A stretch of 43,425 nucleotides of DNA, taken from the IMG/VR virus record IMGVR_UViG_3300024181_000008, positions 1 to 43,425 of that record; one strand, 5' to 3'. Every line of letters begins with the position of its first letter. Positions within the stretch are counted from its first letter, which is position 1. The stretch is from a virus. Taxonomy: Duplodnaviria; Caudoviricetes. Positions 26,047-33,756 of the stretch are shown here, piece by piece. The position numbers were made by a program, and so were the translations under genes. The notes below the pieces were generated by a model. The model had not been told where the DNA came from and did no database searches. It was given only the letters and a program-made list of their open reading frames with translations.

Positions 26047-26178
26047 GCTTGGCGGTGCCTGGGTCTTGAACTCCGGTTAAATGTCAACGCAGTGACCGCA
26101 AGGGTGCACCCTTCGGCAGCACGATAGAGACGCAGCCGCCAAATTTATAGTAGAATCACTTAGGAGAGCACGCGCATC

Positions 26179-26586
26179 ATGGCAATGTTGGATAGAAATT
26201 GTAAGTTTTGCGGGACTCCGTTCACCACGAATCACTCTCAAAAACTGTATTGTTCTCAGTCCTGCAGCAAGAAAAAGGGGAACGAACGTTTCCCTCGTAG
26301 TGCTTGGCCTGATCTGCCCGCTTGGGCCGTGGGGACGATGGCCGAACTCCGCGTTTCTACCGATCTCTTGTCGAAAGGTTTCCACGTTTTTCGCAATGTC
26401 AGTCCTTCGGGCCCTTGTGATCTTATCGCCTTCAAGGACGACAGAATTTTGAGAGTGGAAGTTTGTACCGGGTACCGGAACCGTCGAACCGACAAGGTTA
26501 TGTGGCCGAACAAGAAAGACGGGTACGTTTTCGACATTCTCGCAATCTGTATCGGGGAAGAAGTGCATTACAAGCCAGAAATCTAG
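26179..26586 (+). CDS. Zn-finger + PD-(D/E)XK endonuclease (homing-endonuclease-like)
   Basis: CKFCG..F...YCSQSC; GTMAELRV...L...GF.VF...PCDLIA....RVEV. Confidence 0.75.
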   Translation: MAMLDRNCKFCGTPFTTNHSQKLYCSQSCSKKKGNERFPRSAWPDLPAWAVGTMAELRVSTDLLSKGFHVFRNVSPSGPCDLIAFKDDRILRVEVCTGYRNRRTDKVMWPNKKDGYVFDILAICIGEEVHYKPEI

Positions 26587-26602
26587 AGAGAGCGGGTGCA
26601 TC

Positions 26603-28390
26603 ATGTTTGTGAAACAACTGACTTTGAAAAATTGGCGGTCGCATTTCGATTCGAGCTTTAAGTTCGGGAGAATCAATCTCATAAGAGGGTTAAACAATTC
26701 AGGGAAAAGCTCGATCGCTATGGCGATAGAGTGGGTTCTCACAGGTCGTTGCCCCGGGACGGATGAAAGGGGTGTTTTAAGCGATTCTTTCATCTCCCGG
26801 AGAAAAGAGGCTAAGGCGGCGACGATAACCTGCGAAATCGCGGTAAACGGCGGTTTACCGCTAGTCGTAGAGCGTAAGCGAACCCACAAAGACACCGCCT
26901 TGATGATCACTCAGAACGGACAAGGACTGATCGGCAAGCCGGCCGATGAGGTCCTCGGCACCTTTTTCGAGAAGAACCTCGTCTCGGCGGCATTGCGCGC
27001 CGGCCGGTTCCTGCAGCTTTCAAAGGACGCGCAGGCCGAACTCTTAGGCGACCTGCTTCGCCCGGAAGCGGCGGCAATTCCCACCGAGATTCATCAAGCG
27101 GCCGTGCCGGCCGAGGTGTTTTTCAGTGGGGCAACGGCTCTTGATCTTGACTCCGTTCGGAATCTTGAAGCCGCGATGATCAAAAAAAGAGCGGAGTGTA
27201 CGGCGACGCTCAGAGAACTCGGCGAACCCATCGAGATTCCTGCACGGCCTGATGTTCCGACCGCGTTCCAATGTCAGAGGCGACTCGACGACCTACGCAT
27301 GAAGCAAAACAGCCTTGTCCGCGAGAAGGAAGCCCTTCTCAATAAATGGCAGGAATCGCAGAGCAAGGCGCGTGCGGACCTTGAACGCTTGCAAAGGGCC
27401 CGTGCCGAAGCTCTCGACCTCAAGGGTGAGGCGGCGCTCATGGAAGCCCTCGAAAAGGAAGTTGAGGTGACAAAAGCCGAGGAGACGCTCTCCCGTTTGC
27501 GTTTCGAAATCGCTGATCTCGAGGGTCAGATCAAAAACGCCGAGAAAAAGGCCGGAAAGTGTCCGACATGCGGGCATGAAGTCGACAGTGACGATCTCGT
27601 CGGACGTTACAAAGAGGGTATTTCCGCCCGGAAGTCCCGCATCCCGACGCTCGAGAGTCTTGTCGGCAAATACGAGCCGATGCATGTCATCAAAGAGAAG
27701 CTTCGAAAGCATCGCGAAGCCGTTTCGGACATTGTTCGGCTCGAAAAAGTCCTTTCTGAGACGCCGGCGGAAGTACCTGAACCGGATACGACCTCAATCG
27801 ACGGGGAGATCGCCGATCTCGAAGGCCGGATGCAGAAGGGACAACAGATTGTCGCGGAAACGGCAAAATACGAGGCCGACCGCGCGCACTATTTAGCCCA
27901 GGTTGAGAAGAAAAAGGCCCTCGAGGCCAAGCGCGAGGCCTGCGATACGATCGCGAAATGGGCCGGTCCGACCGGCGTTCAAACGCAAATGATGGGCGAC
28001 AAGATCGGCGTGTTCAAGGGCGCCGTCAATGATGTAATGCACAAGCTCGGTTACGACATTCAGATCGAAGAAACGAGCGGTCTGATTCTCGTCGGCCGGT
28101 TCCCGATCGGCACTCAGTTTCGCCCGTCCGAACTTTCTGAATCCGAACAATGGCGCTTCTCGGTCGCCTTTCAAGTGGCAATTGCGAAGGTGAGCGGGCT
28201 CGGCTTCGTTGTCCTCGATCGCGCGGACGTGCTCGTCGGAGAGAACCGCGGCCGGTTTATGCAAGCCGTCGTCGACGCCGGCCTCGATCAGGTCTTTGTG
28301 CTGGCCTCGATCGATCGCAAGGTCGACTTTCCGCCCGAGATCACCGTTTTTGACCTCGAACTCGAGGAAGGAAGGACTATCGTCGCATGA
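26603..28390 (+). CDS. Rad50/SbcC-like SMC ATPase
   Basis: LKNWRSH, Walker A GLNNSGKSS, coiled coils, CPTCG zinc hook, LSESE signature, VVLDRAD Walker B. Confidence 0.9.
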   Translation: MFVKQLTLKNWRSHFDSSFKFGRINLIRGLNNSGKSSIAMAIEWVLTGRCPGTDERGVLSDSFISRRKEAKAATITCEIAVNGGLPLVVERKRTHKDTALMITQNGQGLIGKPADEVLGTFFEKNLVSAALRAGRFLQLSKDAQAELLGDLLRPEAAAIPTEIHQAAVPAEVFFSGATALDLDSVRNLEAAMIKKRAECTATLRELGEPIEIPARPDVPTAFQCQRRLDDLRMKQNSLVREKEALLNKWQESQSKARADLERLQRARAEALDLKGEAALMEALEKEVEVTKAEETLSRLRFEIADLEGQIKNAEKKAGKCPTCGHEVDSDDLVGRYKEGISARKSRIPTLESLVGKYEPMHVIKEKLRKHREAVSDIVRLEKVLSETPAEVPEPDTTSIDGEIADLEGRMQKGQQIVAETAKYEADRAHYLAQVEKKKALEAKREACDTIAKWAGPTGVQTQMMGDKIGVFKGAVNDVMHKLGYDIQIEETSGLILVGRFPIGTQFRPSELSESEQWRFSVAFQVAIAKVSGLGFVVLDRADVLVGENRGRFMQAVVDAGLDQVFVLASIDRKVDFPPEITVFDLELEEGRTIVA

Positions 28391-28620
28391 AACACGGGGA
28401 ACTTTTGGGCTCACTTGAAGGCGTCGTGAAGTGGTTTCGGGACGAGAAGGGTTTTGGCTTCATCACGGGCGCCGACGGCCGCGACTACTTCGTCCACTAC
28501 TCGGGAATCGTGCGCCAAGCCGGCCAGCGCGGCTCACTTTTGCCCGATCAGCGGGTAGGGTTTCAGGGTTGGAAGGGTGAGCGCGGCTTTTTCGCGACGG
28601 AGGTTTTCCCGATTGCTTAA
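28387..28620 (+). CDS. Second, divergent cold-shock-domain protein
   Basis: GVVKWF, KGFGFI, YFVHYSGI; ATGA-coupled to the SMC ATPase. Confidence 0.9.
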   Translation: MKHGELLGSLEGVVKWFRDEKGFGFITGADGRDYFVHYSGIVRQAGQRGSLLPDQRVGFQGWKGERGFFATEVFPIA

Positions 28621-28798
28621 TTCACAAAAGATGAAAGCTGTAGTCTTTTATCTTCACCTTGGAGGGGGAAAGTCAAGAAAACGTCAAAGTCTAAACCGCG
28701 ATTCTATAGGGGGGAACCTTGTGAATTGTGCAAATGCTGAGGAAGGTTTGTGGAAGTGGTTTTTAAGTGCTTTGTTTTCAGTTAGGCCCTGTGGAAAT
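28618..28798. other. Candidate replication origin (DnaA-box-like cluster)
   Basis: AT-enriched intergenic region with five 7-8/9 matches to TTWTNCACA and an IHF-like site; adjacent to a DnaA-C-like gene. Confidence 0.5.
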
Positions 28799-28825
28799 AT
28801 CAGAGGAAATTGCCAAGAAATGGGG

Positions 28826-28853
28826 TTGACATGGAAGAAACACGGCGTTTAAT
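28826..28853 (+). promoter_or_regulatory. Possible sigma70 promoter
   Basis: TTGACA-16 nt-TTTAAT; would favour ATG 28870 as the gene start. Confidence 0.5.
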
Positions 28854-28869
28854 ACATATAGACGAAGTA

Positions 28870-29199
28870 ATGTCTTTGTTTTCAGGGCTTTGCGACAATT
28901 GTACAGTGAAGATGCGGCAACGCATAGTCGCTTTGCAGCAAACGACCGCTCTTGGTTCGAAGATGAGGCGGATTATCGACGAGGTTTGTACCGACGAGCG
29001 CACGAGCCTGAAAGAACTGATAGAAGGCGGAAATCATCGCGCGTTGGTCGATATTCGGATGCGAATCGCATACCGAGCCAGGGAAGCTGGATATTCTCTT
29101 TCGCAAATTGGCCGCGCGCTCAACCGTCATCATACCTCGGTGCTTCATCTGCTCAAAAAATACAAAAATGAATTCCCTCAATCGCGACCGCTTCGTTAG
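28870..29199 (+). CDS. DnaA C-terminal (domain IV)-like HTH protein; start could also be 28831
   Basis: IIDEVC....LKEL....R.LVDIRM.IAY.ARE.GYSLSQIGRALNRHHTSVLH matches the SL.eIG..F.RDHTTV pattern. Confidence 0.8.
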   Translation: MSLFSGLCDNCTVKMRQRIVALQQTTALGSKMRRIIDEVCTDERTSLKELIEGGNHRALVDIRMRIAYRAREAGYSLSQIGRALNRHHTSVLHLLKKYKNEFPQSRPLR

Positions 29200-29722
29200 G
29201 TGCTACTTCTGCCGGCAAAAGAACGACGCCCGCGAGTGCCGGCGTGTCGGCTTACGTTGGTTCTGTTCCACGAATTGTATGGAGCGCGACCGCGAGGCCG
29301 CTCGAGTGAAACGCGGGAAAGCCGAAGGCGATCGGCATGGGAACTGGCGCGGCGGCCGGGAGAAGATCAACCTCAAACGGCTCGGGTCTAATCTTTGGAG
29401 AATGCTCGCGGCGAAGATTCGCCGGCGCGACGAATTGACGTGCCAAGTGTGCGGCGCGAAGTGGGAAAAGGGCTCGCCGCACTTTCCCGTTGACCATATT
29501 ATCCCTTCGGTTTACATTGTCGCAATCTGGCCTGGGCACGAAGACGACGAAGAGAACCTTCTAACCGCCTGCCCTTCCTGTCACGGGCGGAAAGTCATTG
29601 CGGAAATCAACCTGCAGCATGGCGACGTTTTGGGCTGGCAATCTTCGCTTACCCAAATCGGATACCCCGCGGAACCGATTCAGAAAGCCTGGGAGCATTT
29701 TCGTTCACTCCCGAAGGTGTAA
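29168..29722 (+). CDS. HNH endonuclease with N-terminal Zn finger
   Basis: RRRDELTCQVCG...VDHIIP...ENLLTACPSCH; FCSTNC; NWRGG. Confidence 0.88.
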   Translation: MNSLNRDRFVRCYFCRQKNDARECRRVGLRWFCSTNCMERDREAARVKRGKAEGDRHGNWRGGREKINLKRLGSNLWRMLAAKIRRRDELTCQVCGAKWEKGSPHFPVDHIIPSVYIVAIWPGHEDDEENLLTACPSCHGRKVIAEINLQHGDVLGWQSSLTQIGYPAEPIQKAWEHFRSLPKV

Positions 29723-29723
29723 G

Positions 29724-29987
29724 ATGCCGCGCGACCTGCTCACTCTTCGAAAGCGTTTCCCGATCGAAGCCGACTGTATGGTTTGGCTCGCGATTCTCGG
29801 GCAGGTCGACCTCGCCTTGCGGCACCCCAAAAACGATGGGCCGATGGCCCTAATCGCTGAACGCTTTTCAGACGAGCTTCGCGATCGTTTGAAGATCGAA
29901 GGCGCGCTCAGTAACGAAGAGTATGCGGCTTCCTTGCGCGAGCAGATCAAGTACCGCAAAAACCCAATCCCAGGAGCGCATTTATGA
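29724..29987 (+). CDS. Hypothetical protein (87 aa, LALRHP motif)
   Basis: AAGGTG SD; fills the gap; coupled to the next gene. Confidence 0.7.
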   Translation: MPRDLLTLRKRFPIEADCMVWLAILGQVDLALRHPKNDGPMALIAERFSDELRDRLKIEGALSNEEYAASLREQIKYRKNPIPGAHL

Positions 29988-30490
29988 ACCCCTTCCGCCG
30001 CATGGAAGTGCTGATCGCGGAGATCGGCAACGAATACGAAAAGACGGGACAGAACCCGGATGAGATCGCCGACCACTGCGCGCACGTCGTCGCGGACCTT
30101 GTGCCGGCCTACCCGGATAAGAAAAGGCTCTTTTTCGACCTCGTTCTGCAGGCAACTACGGCGATGAAGCTTTACCTCGAAGATCTGCAGGCCGAAGAAG
30201 GGCGCAAGATTCTCGAGAACCTAGCAAAGGGAATCGAGCCGAAGCCGAGCGCGCGGACGGTTCCGAACCCTTACGCCGTGCTCTTTCGCGAGTGGGAAAC
30301 CTTTCGAAAAGAGTGTTTTCCGGGCAAGACGTCGGCCGAAATCGATGCTGTACGCCGTATTTTCTATGGCGGTAGCCTTGTTATGTTCCGGTTGATCGCC
30401 GACATGCTTCCCGAACTCGGGGAAAGCTCGGGCGTCGCTTTTTTGAATTGCCTCGAAACCGAACTCGAAAGGTACCGGCAGACCCTATGA
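29984..30490 (+). CDS. Hypothetical protein (168 aa) with C-terminal RRxFYxG domain
   Basis: AGGAG SD; paralogous to the next gene. Confidence 0.75.
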   Translation: MNPFRRMEVLIAEIGNEYEKTGQNPDEIADHCAHVVADLVPAYPDKKRLFFDLVLQATTAMKLYLEDLQAEEGRKILENLAKGIEPKPSARTVPNPYAVLFREWETFRKECFPGKTSAEIDAVRRIFYGGSLVMFRLIADMLPELGESSGVAFLNCLETELERYRQTL

Positions 30491-30732
30491 ATATCCTGTT
30501 TCGCAAATGGGAGACGGTTGTCTCCTGCCTGGGCCCCAACCCCGATAAAGCCTACGTCGAAGAGATGCGGCGCGTCTTTTACGCCGGCGCGACGGGTTGC
30601 TTCGAGGCGATCATCAAGGAAACGGACGGGCTCTCGACCGAAGCACAGGTTTCGATCATCAAGAGCGTCGAAACCGAGCTTGTCGATCATCGAAACAATC
30701 TCGTCCTCGCGGCAAAAAGGAAGATCAATTGA
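30487..30732 (+). CDS. Hypothetical protein (81 aa, RRVFYAGA domain)
   Basis: ATGA coupling; paralogue of the upstream C-terminus. Confidence 0.75.
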   Translation: MNILFRKWETVVSCLGPNPDKAYVEEMRRVFYAGATGCFEAIIKETDGLSTEAQVSIIKSVETELVDHRNNLVLAAKRKIN

Positions 30733-30752
30733 TTCGTTTGGAGGTCGGCGGC

Positions 30753-30842
30753 GTGAGCGGAAAAAAGCTCTTGCGTTTCTTCATTTGGTGCGTTCTAATC
30801 CCCGGGTTGGTCGTCGCCTGGATTGCTTATTGTCGCCTGTAG
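30753..30842 (+). CDS. 29-aa single-TM peptide (MSGKKLLRFFIWCVLIPGLVVAWIAYCRL)
   Basis: GGAGG SD 8 nt before GTG; basic N-terminus plus hydrophobic core. Confidence 0.55.
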   Translation: MSGKKLLRFFIWCVLIPGLVVAWIAYCRL

Positions 30843-30878
30843 TCGGCGGGTCGACACTCACAGAAAGAGAGCAAGTGT

Positions 30879-31226
30879 ATGGAACAAGAAGCGTTAAGCA
30901 TTAGTAATATATGTGGCGGTGCGGTCGAGGAAGTGTTCGCGCGGGAGATGGGCATTATCCTAGCCAACATTGCCGACCAGAACACGAATCCAGAAGCGAC
31001 CCGGGCACTCACGCTCGAGTTCAAGATCAAACCCTTCAAAGATCGGTCAGGCGCGCAGATCGAGTTCGCTTGCAAATCGAAAATGGCCGGCGTCGACACC
31101 GTCAAAGGCACGATGTTTTTGCAGCGCCGCGGCACGGCGCTTGTAGCGGTCCCGCACGACCCGCGTCAATCCCGGCTTTTTAACCCCGCAGCGGTCCCCG
31201 AAGGTCCCGACAAGAAACTTCAGTAA
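30879..31226 (+). CDS. Conserved phage protein (GGAVEE.F...NIAD.NT...R.LTL family)
   Basis: Recognisable family, usually paired with the next gene. Confidence 0.75.
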   Translation: MEQEALSISNICGGAVEEVFAREMGIILANIADQNTNPEATRALTLEFKIKPFKDRSGAQIEFACKSKMAGVDTVKGTMFLQRRGTALVAVPHDPRQSRLFNPAAVPEGPDKKLQ

Positions 31227-31253
31227 GAATCAGGAGCACAGAAAGGAAACTCA

Positions 31254-32012
31254 ATGGATTTGACTCGCGATACAATTGATCGGATTCTCGAGCTTTCGGC
31301 GCCGAACATTTCGGCTCACGAAGGCTTCGAGTTTACCGACAAAGATCTCAAGCCTTTAATTCCGCCTAGTGCCGACATGATCTTTTTGTCGACGCTTTCG
31401 GGCCTTGCGGATTTGATCAGTGCACAGGTCGAAAGCATCGACGACATTACCGCCGGCCAATACATGCTTCACGTTGACACGCCGACTTCGGTTCGGCTCA
31501 CGGCGCGCTCGACCGACAAATTCGGCCGGCGCAAAATTGTTGCTGTGGCTCAGTTCCCGAAGTCGATCACGCCCTTCCGTTTCGGCGCGTGGCACGACCC
31601 GGAGAACTTCATCATCGGCGTACAATCGGGCTTTCAACCCTTCTTCGTCGACGGGACGGCCGGCCAGAACGGCACCGATCTCGAGTACGTTTTGCGCGTC
31701 GCGTCGAACATTTCGGCGGAAGCTTCGACCGTCAATCAAGATGACGGCATTTCGCAGAACGTGACCGTGAAGCAAGGCGTCGTTCTCAAAGGCGAAGCGA
31801 CACTCAAAGGCCGCGTGAAACTTGCGCCCTACCGCACCTTCACCGAAGTTGCTCAAGTTGTGAGCAAATTCGTTTTCAGAACGAGGACCGACGGCGAACG
31901 CGCGACGCTTGCGCTCTTTGAAGCCGACGGCGGTCGTTGGCAGATCGATGCGTCGACGGCAATCGGGGATTGGCTCAAAAAGAACATTCCGAACATGCCG
32001 ATCGTTCGCTGA
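31254..32012 (+). CDS. Conserved phage protein (DDGISQ...LAPYRTF.EV.Q...FVFR...ALFEADGGRW family)
   Basis: Recognisable conserved motifs; AAGGA SD. Confidence 0.8.
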   Translation: MDLTRDTIDRILELSAPNISAHEGFEFTDKDLKPLIPPSADMIFLSTLSGLADLISAQVESIDDITAGQYMLHVDTPTSVRLTARSTDKFGRRKIVAVAQFPKSITPFRFGAWHDPENFIIGVQSGFQPFFVDGTAGQNGTDLEYVLRVASNISAEASTVNQDDGISQNVTVKQGVVLKGEATLKGRVKLAPYRTFTEVAQVVSKFVFRTRTDGERATLALFEADGGRWQIDASTAIGDWLKKNIPNMPIVR

Positions 32013-32036
32013 AAACACGAAGACGAAGCGAAGAGA

Positions 32037-32070
32037 GCGCGCATTTCCACAACGGAAGTGCGCGTTTTTT
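32037..32070 (+). terminator. Intrinsic terminator ending the early unit
   Basis: GCGCGCATTTCC-ACAAC-GGAAGTGCGCGT followed by a T tract. Confidence 0.88.
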
Positions 32071-32071
32071 C

Positions 32072-32099
32072 TTGACTTACGGGAAAAACCTTCTATAGT
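32072..32099 (+). promoter_or_regulatory. Sigma70-type promoter heading the structural (late) unit
   Basis: TTGACT-16 nt-TATAGT; CGGGAAAAA direct repeat at 32080 and 32100. Confidence 0.75.
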
Positions 32100-32222
32100 C
32101 GGGAAAAATTTGCGCGCGAGCGCGGGTCATCCGTGAAGACCTGAACTCTACACGGTAGCGCGGAAGACTGAGGGGTCGACCTGTCTACACACTCTTGCGG
32201 TAAAGTTTGTATTTACACGCCG

Positions 32223-32483
32223 TTGCAAGCCGAGCAGTGGCAGCAACGGCAGATCGTTCCTTCCTGCGATTCTCATCGGCATGTAAGTTCACGCGAAGCC
32301 GACTCCCTCACGAAAGATTATCTTTACAGTGAACGCCGCGGGCGGAAGATGTACCACTTTTATACGGCCTATTGGCTTACTGAATCGAAGACCCCGCGAG
32401 TGATCGTTTTCAATTCCGCCCCGCGACACTGGCAACCCCGGTTCAGCGCGGGCGTAAACGTTTTGCAGCTTGTCACCGACTAG
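32223..32483 (+). CDS. Hypothetical protein (start uncertain)
   Basis: Only sizeable ORF in the gap; TTG start without a clear SD. Confidence 0.45.
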   Translation: MQAEQWQQRQIVPSCDSHRHVSSREADSLTKDYLYSERRGRKMYHFYTAYWLTESKTPRVIVFNSAPRHWQPRFSAGVNVLQLVTD

Positions 32484-32492
32484 GAGAAAAAA

Positions 32493-32984
32493 ATGAGCAC
32501 AGCTTTACTCGACAGTCAGACCACTTTCGCGCAGTCTACGGCAGGTCTTGCCCCAGGGGTTCCGGCGGTCGGTTTGAATCGTAAGGTTATCGCAATCAGT
32601 TCGGCGCAACTGCTCGCGATCAAGGACACTCCGATTCAGCTTGTACCCGCCCCAGGCGCGGGCTTTATGAACGTTCCGGTCGCGATTCTGATCGACATGC
32701 AAGCGGGCTCGGCGGCCTATACGGACGCGGGCGGCGCGGTTTCGGTCACGCAAGGAAGCTGGACGCAAGCCCTTGCCGCGAATACGGTCTTTACGGCCGG
32801 TATCGGTTTGCGAAATCATCAACTTGTCGACTTTGCGGCGCTTGCAACGGCGGCCGCGACGCCGACGAACGAAAACGCCGCGCTCACACTTGCCAAGGCG
32901 ACGAACAACTTCGCCGCCGGCAATGGCACGGCCCTTGTGACGGTTCTTTACCTCGTCGCACCGGTCGCACCCGCGGTCAACTAA
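32493..32984 (+). CDS. Virion/decoration-like protein, paralogue of the C-terminal domain of 5491-6846
   Basis: Shared APGAGF, AYTDAGGAVS and ENAALTxxKATNNFAAGxGTA blocks. Confidence 0.8.
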   Translation: MSTALLDSQTTFAQSTAGLAPGVPAVGLNRKVIAISSAQLLAIKDTPIQLVPAPGAGFMNVPVAILIDMQAGSAAYTDAGGAVSVTQGSWTQALAANTVFTAGIGLRNHQLVDFAALATAAATPTNENAALTLAKATNNFAAGNGTALVTVLYLVAPVAPAVN

Positions 32985-33075
32985 CAAAATTCAATCGCCG
33001 ATCACGTCGATAGAGTGAGGCGCACCCGCGGGCCTCGTTAATATCCGCGGGTACTTTTTCGAAACGAGGCGAACA

Positions 33076-33750
33076 ATGCCAGTTTGGACGAACTCACCCT
33101 TTTCGAAGATCAAGGGTCTGATTCCCGGGACGCCTGCTTATTCGGCAGGGTCCAAGAATCAAAGTATCGGACCCGGGCGCTTCTACATCACGCAAATCAC
33201 CGTTGTCTCGAACGTCGTCACGCTCGCGGTCAAACAGGTTTCGGGGAACATCCCGGCCGTCGGCGATCACGTCTTCGTCATCGGTACCCCCGTTGCTGCA
33301 GCAAACGTATCCGATGTAGCGCTCACGGGCGTTACGATCGACGCGAATACCGGCATAGGCACGATCACTTATGCCGCGACGACCCCGGACCTTGTCGCGA
33401 CCCCTTCGGGCGGTCAAGCAGCGACCACAGTTCCCGAAGTCGCCGAGGTGAGCACCCCGAGCCAAGCCTACCAAGCCTTCGCAATTCCCCGCACTTCAAC
33501 CCCAGGCCGGCAGAACTCGACCCCAATCACGATGTACGTCAAGCACCCCTCGGCACCCGCCTCGATCAAACACAGCGCACAGGTCGCGATCAACAATGTC
33601 GACGCGGAATTTGTGTCCCTTGGCAGTGACGTGACGACGGACGGGACGACGCTTTACGAGGTCGAAGCCGTCTACAACTTCATTCGCTACAAGGACACGG
33701 GCTCGAGCGGCGGAACACTTCCGACCGTGATCGCAAAATTCTTGATGTGA
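33076..33750 (+). CDS. Beta-rich virion-like protein (224 aa)
   Basis: GAGG SD; contains a domain also present inside the nozzle protein. Confidence 0.75.
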   Translation: MPVWTNSPFSKIKGLIPGTPAYSAGSKNQSIGPGRFYITQITVVSNVVTLAVKQVSGNIPAVGDHVFVIGTPVAAANVSDVALTGVTIDANTGIGTITYAATTPDLVATPSGGQAATTVPEVAEVSTPSQAYQAFAIPRTSTPGRQNSTPITMYVKHPSAPASIKHSAQVAINNVDAEFVSLGSDVTTDGTTLYEVEAVYNFIRYKDTGSSGGTLPTVIAKFLM

Positions 33751-33756
33751 GGTAAA

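Noticed and set aside
26049-26142. Canonical tRNA (CCA-like ends on both strands, GTTCAAGAC on the minus strand)
   Set aside because: T-stem and 7-bp acceptor stem do not pair properly on either strand; kept only as a structured element
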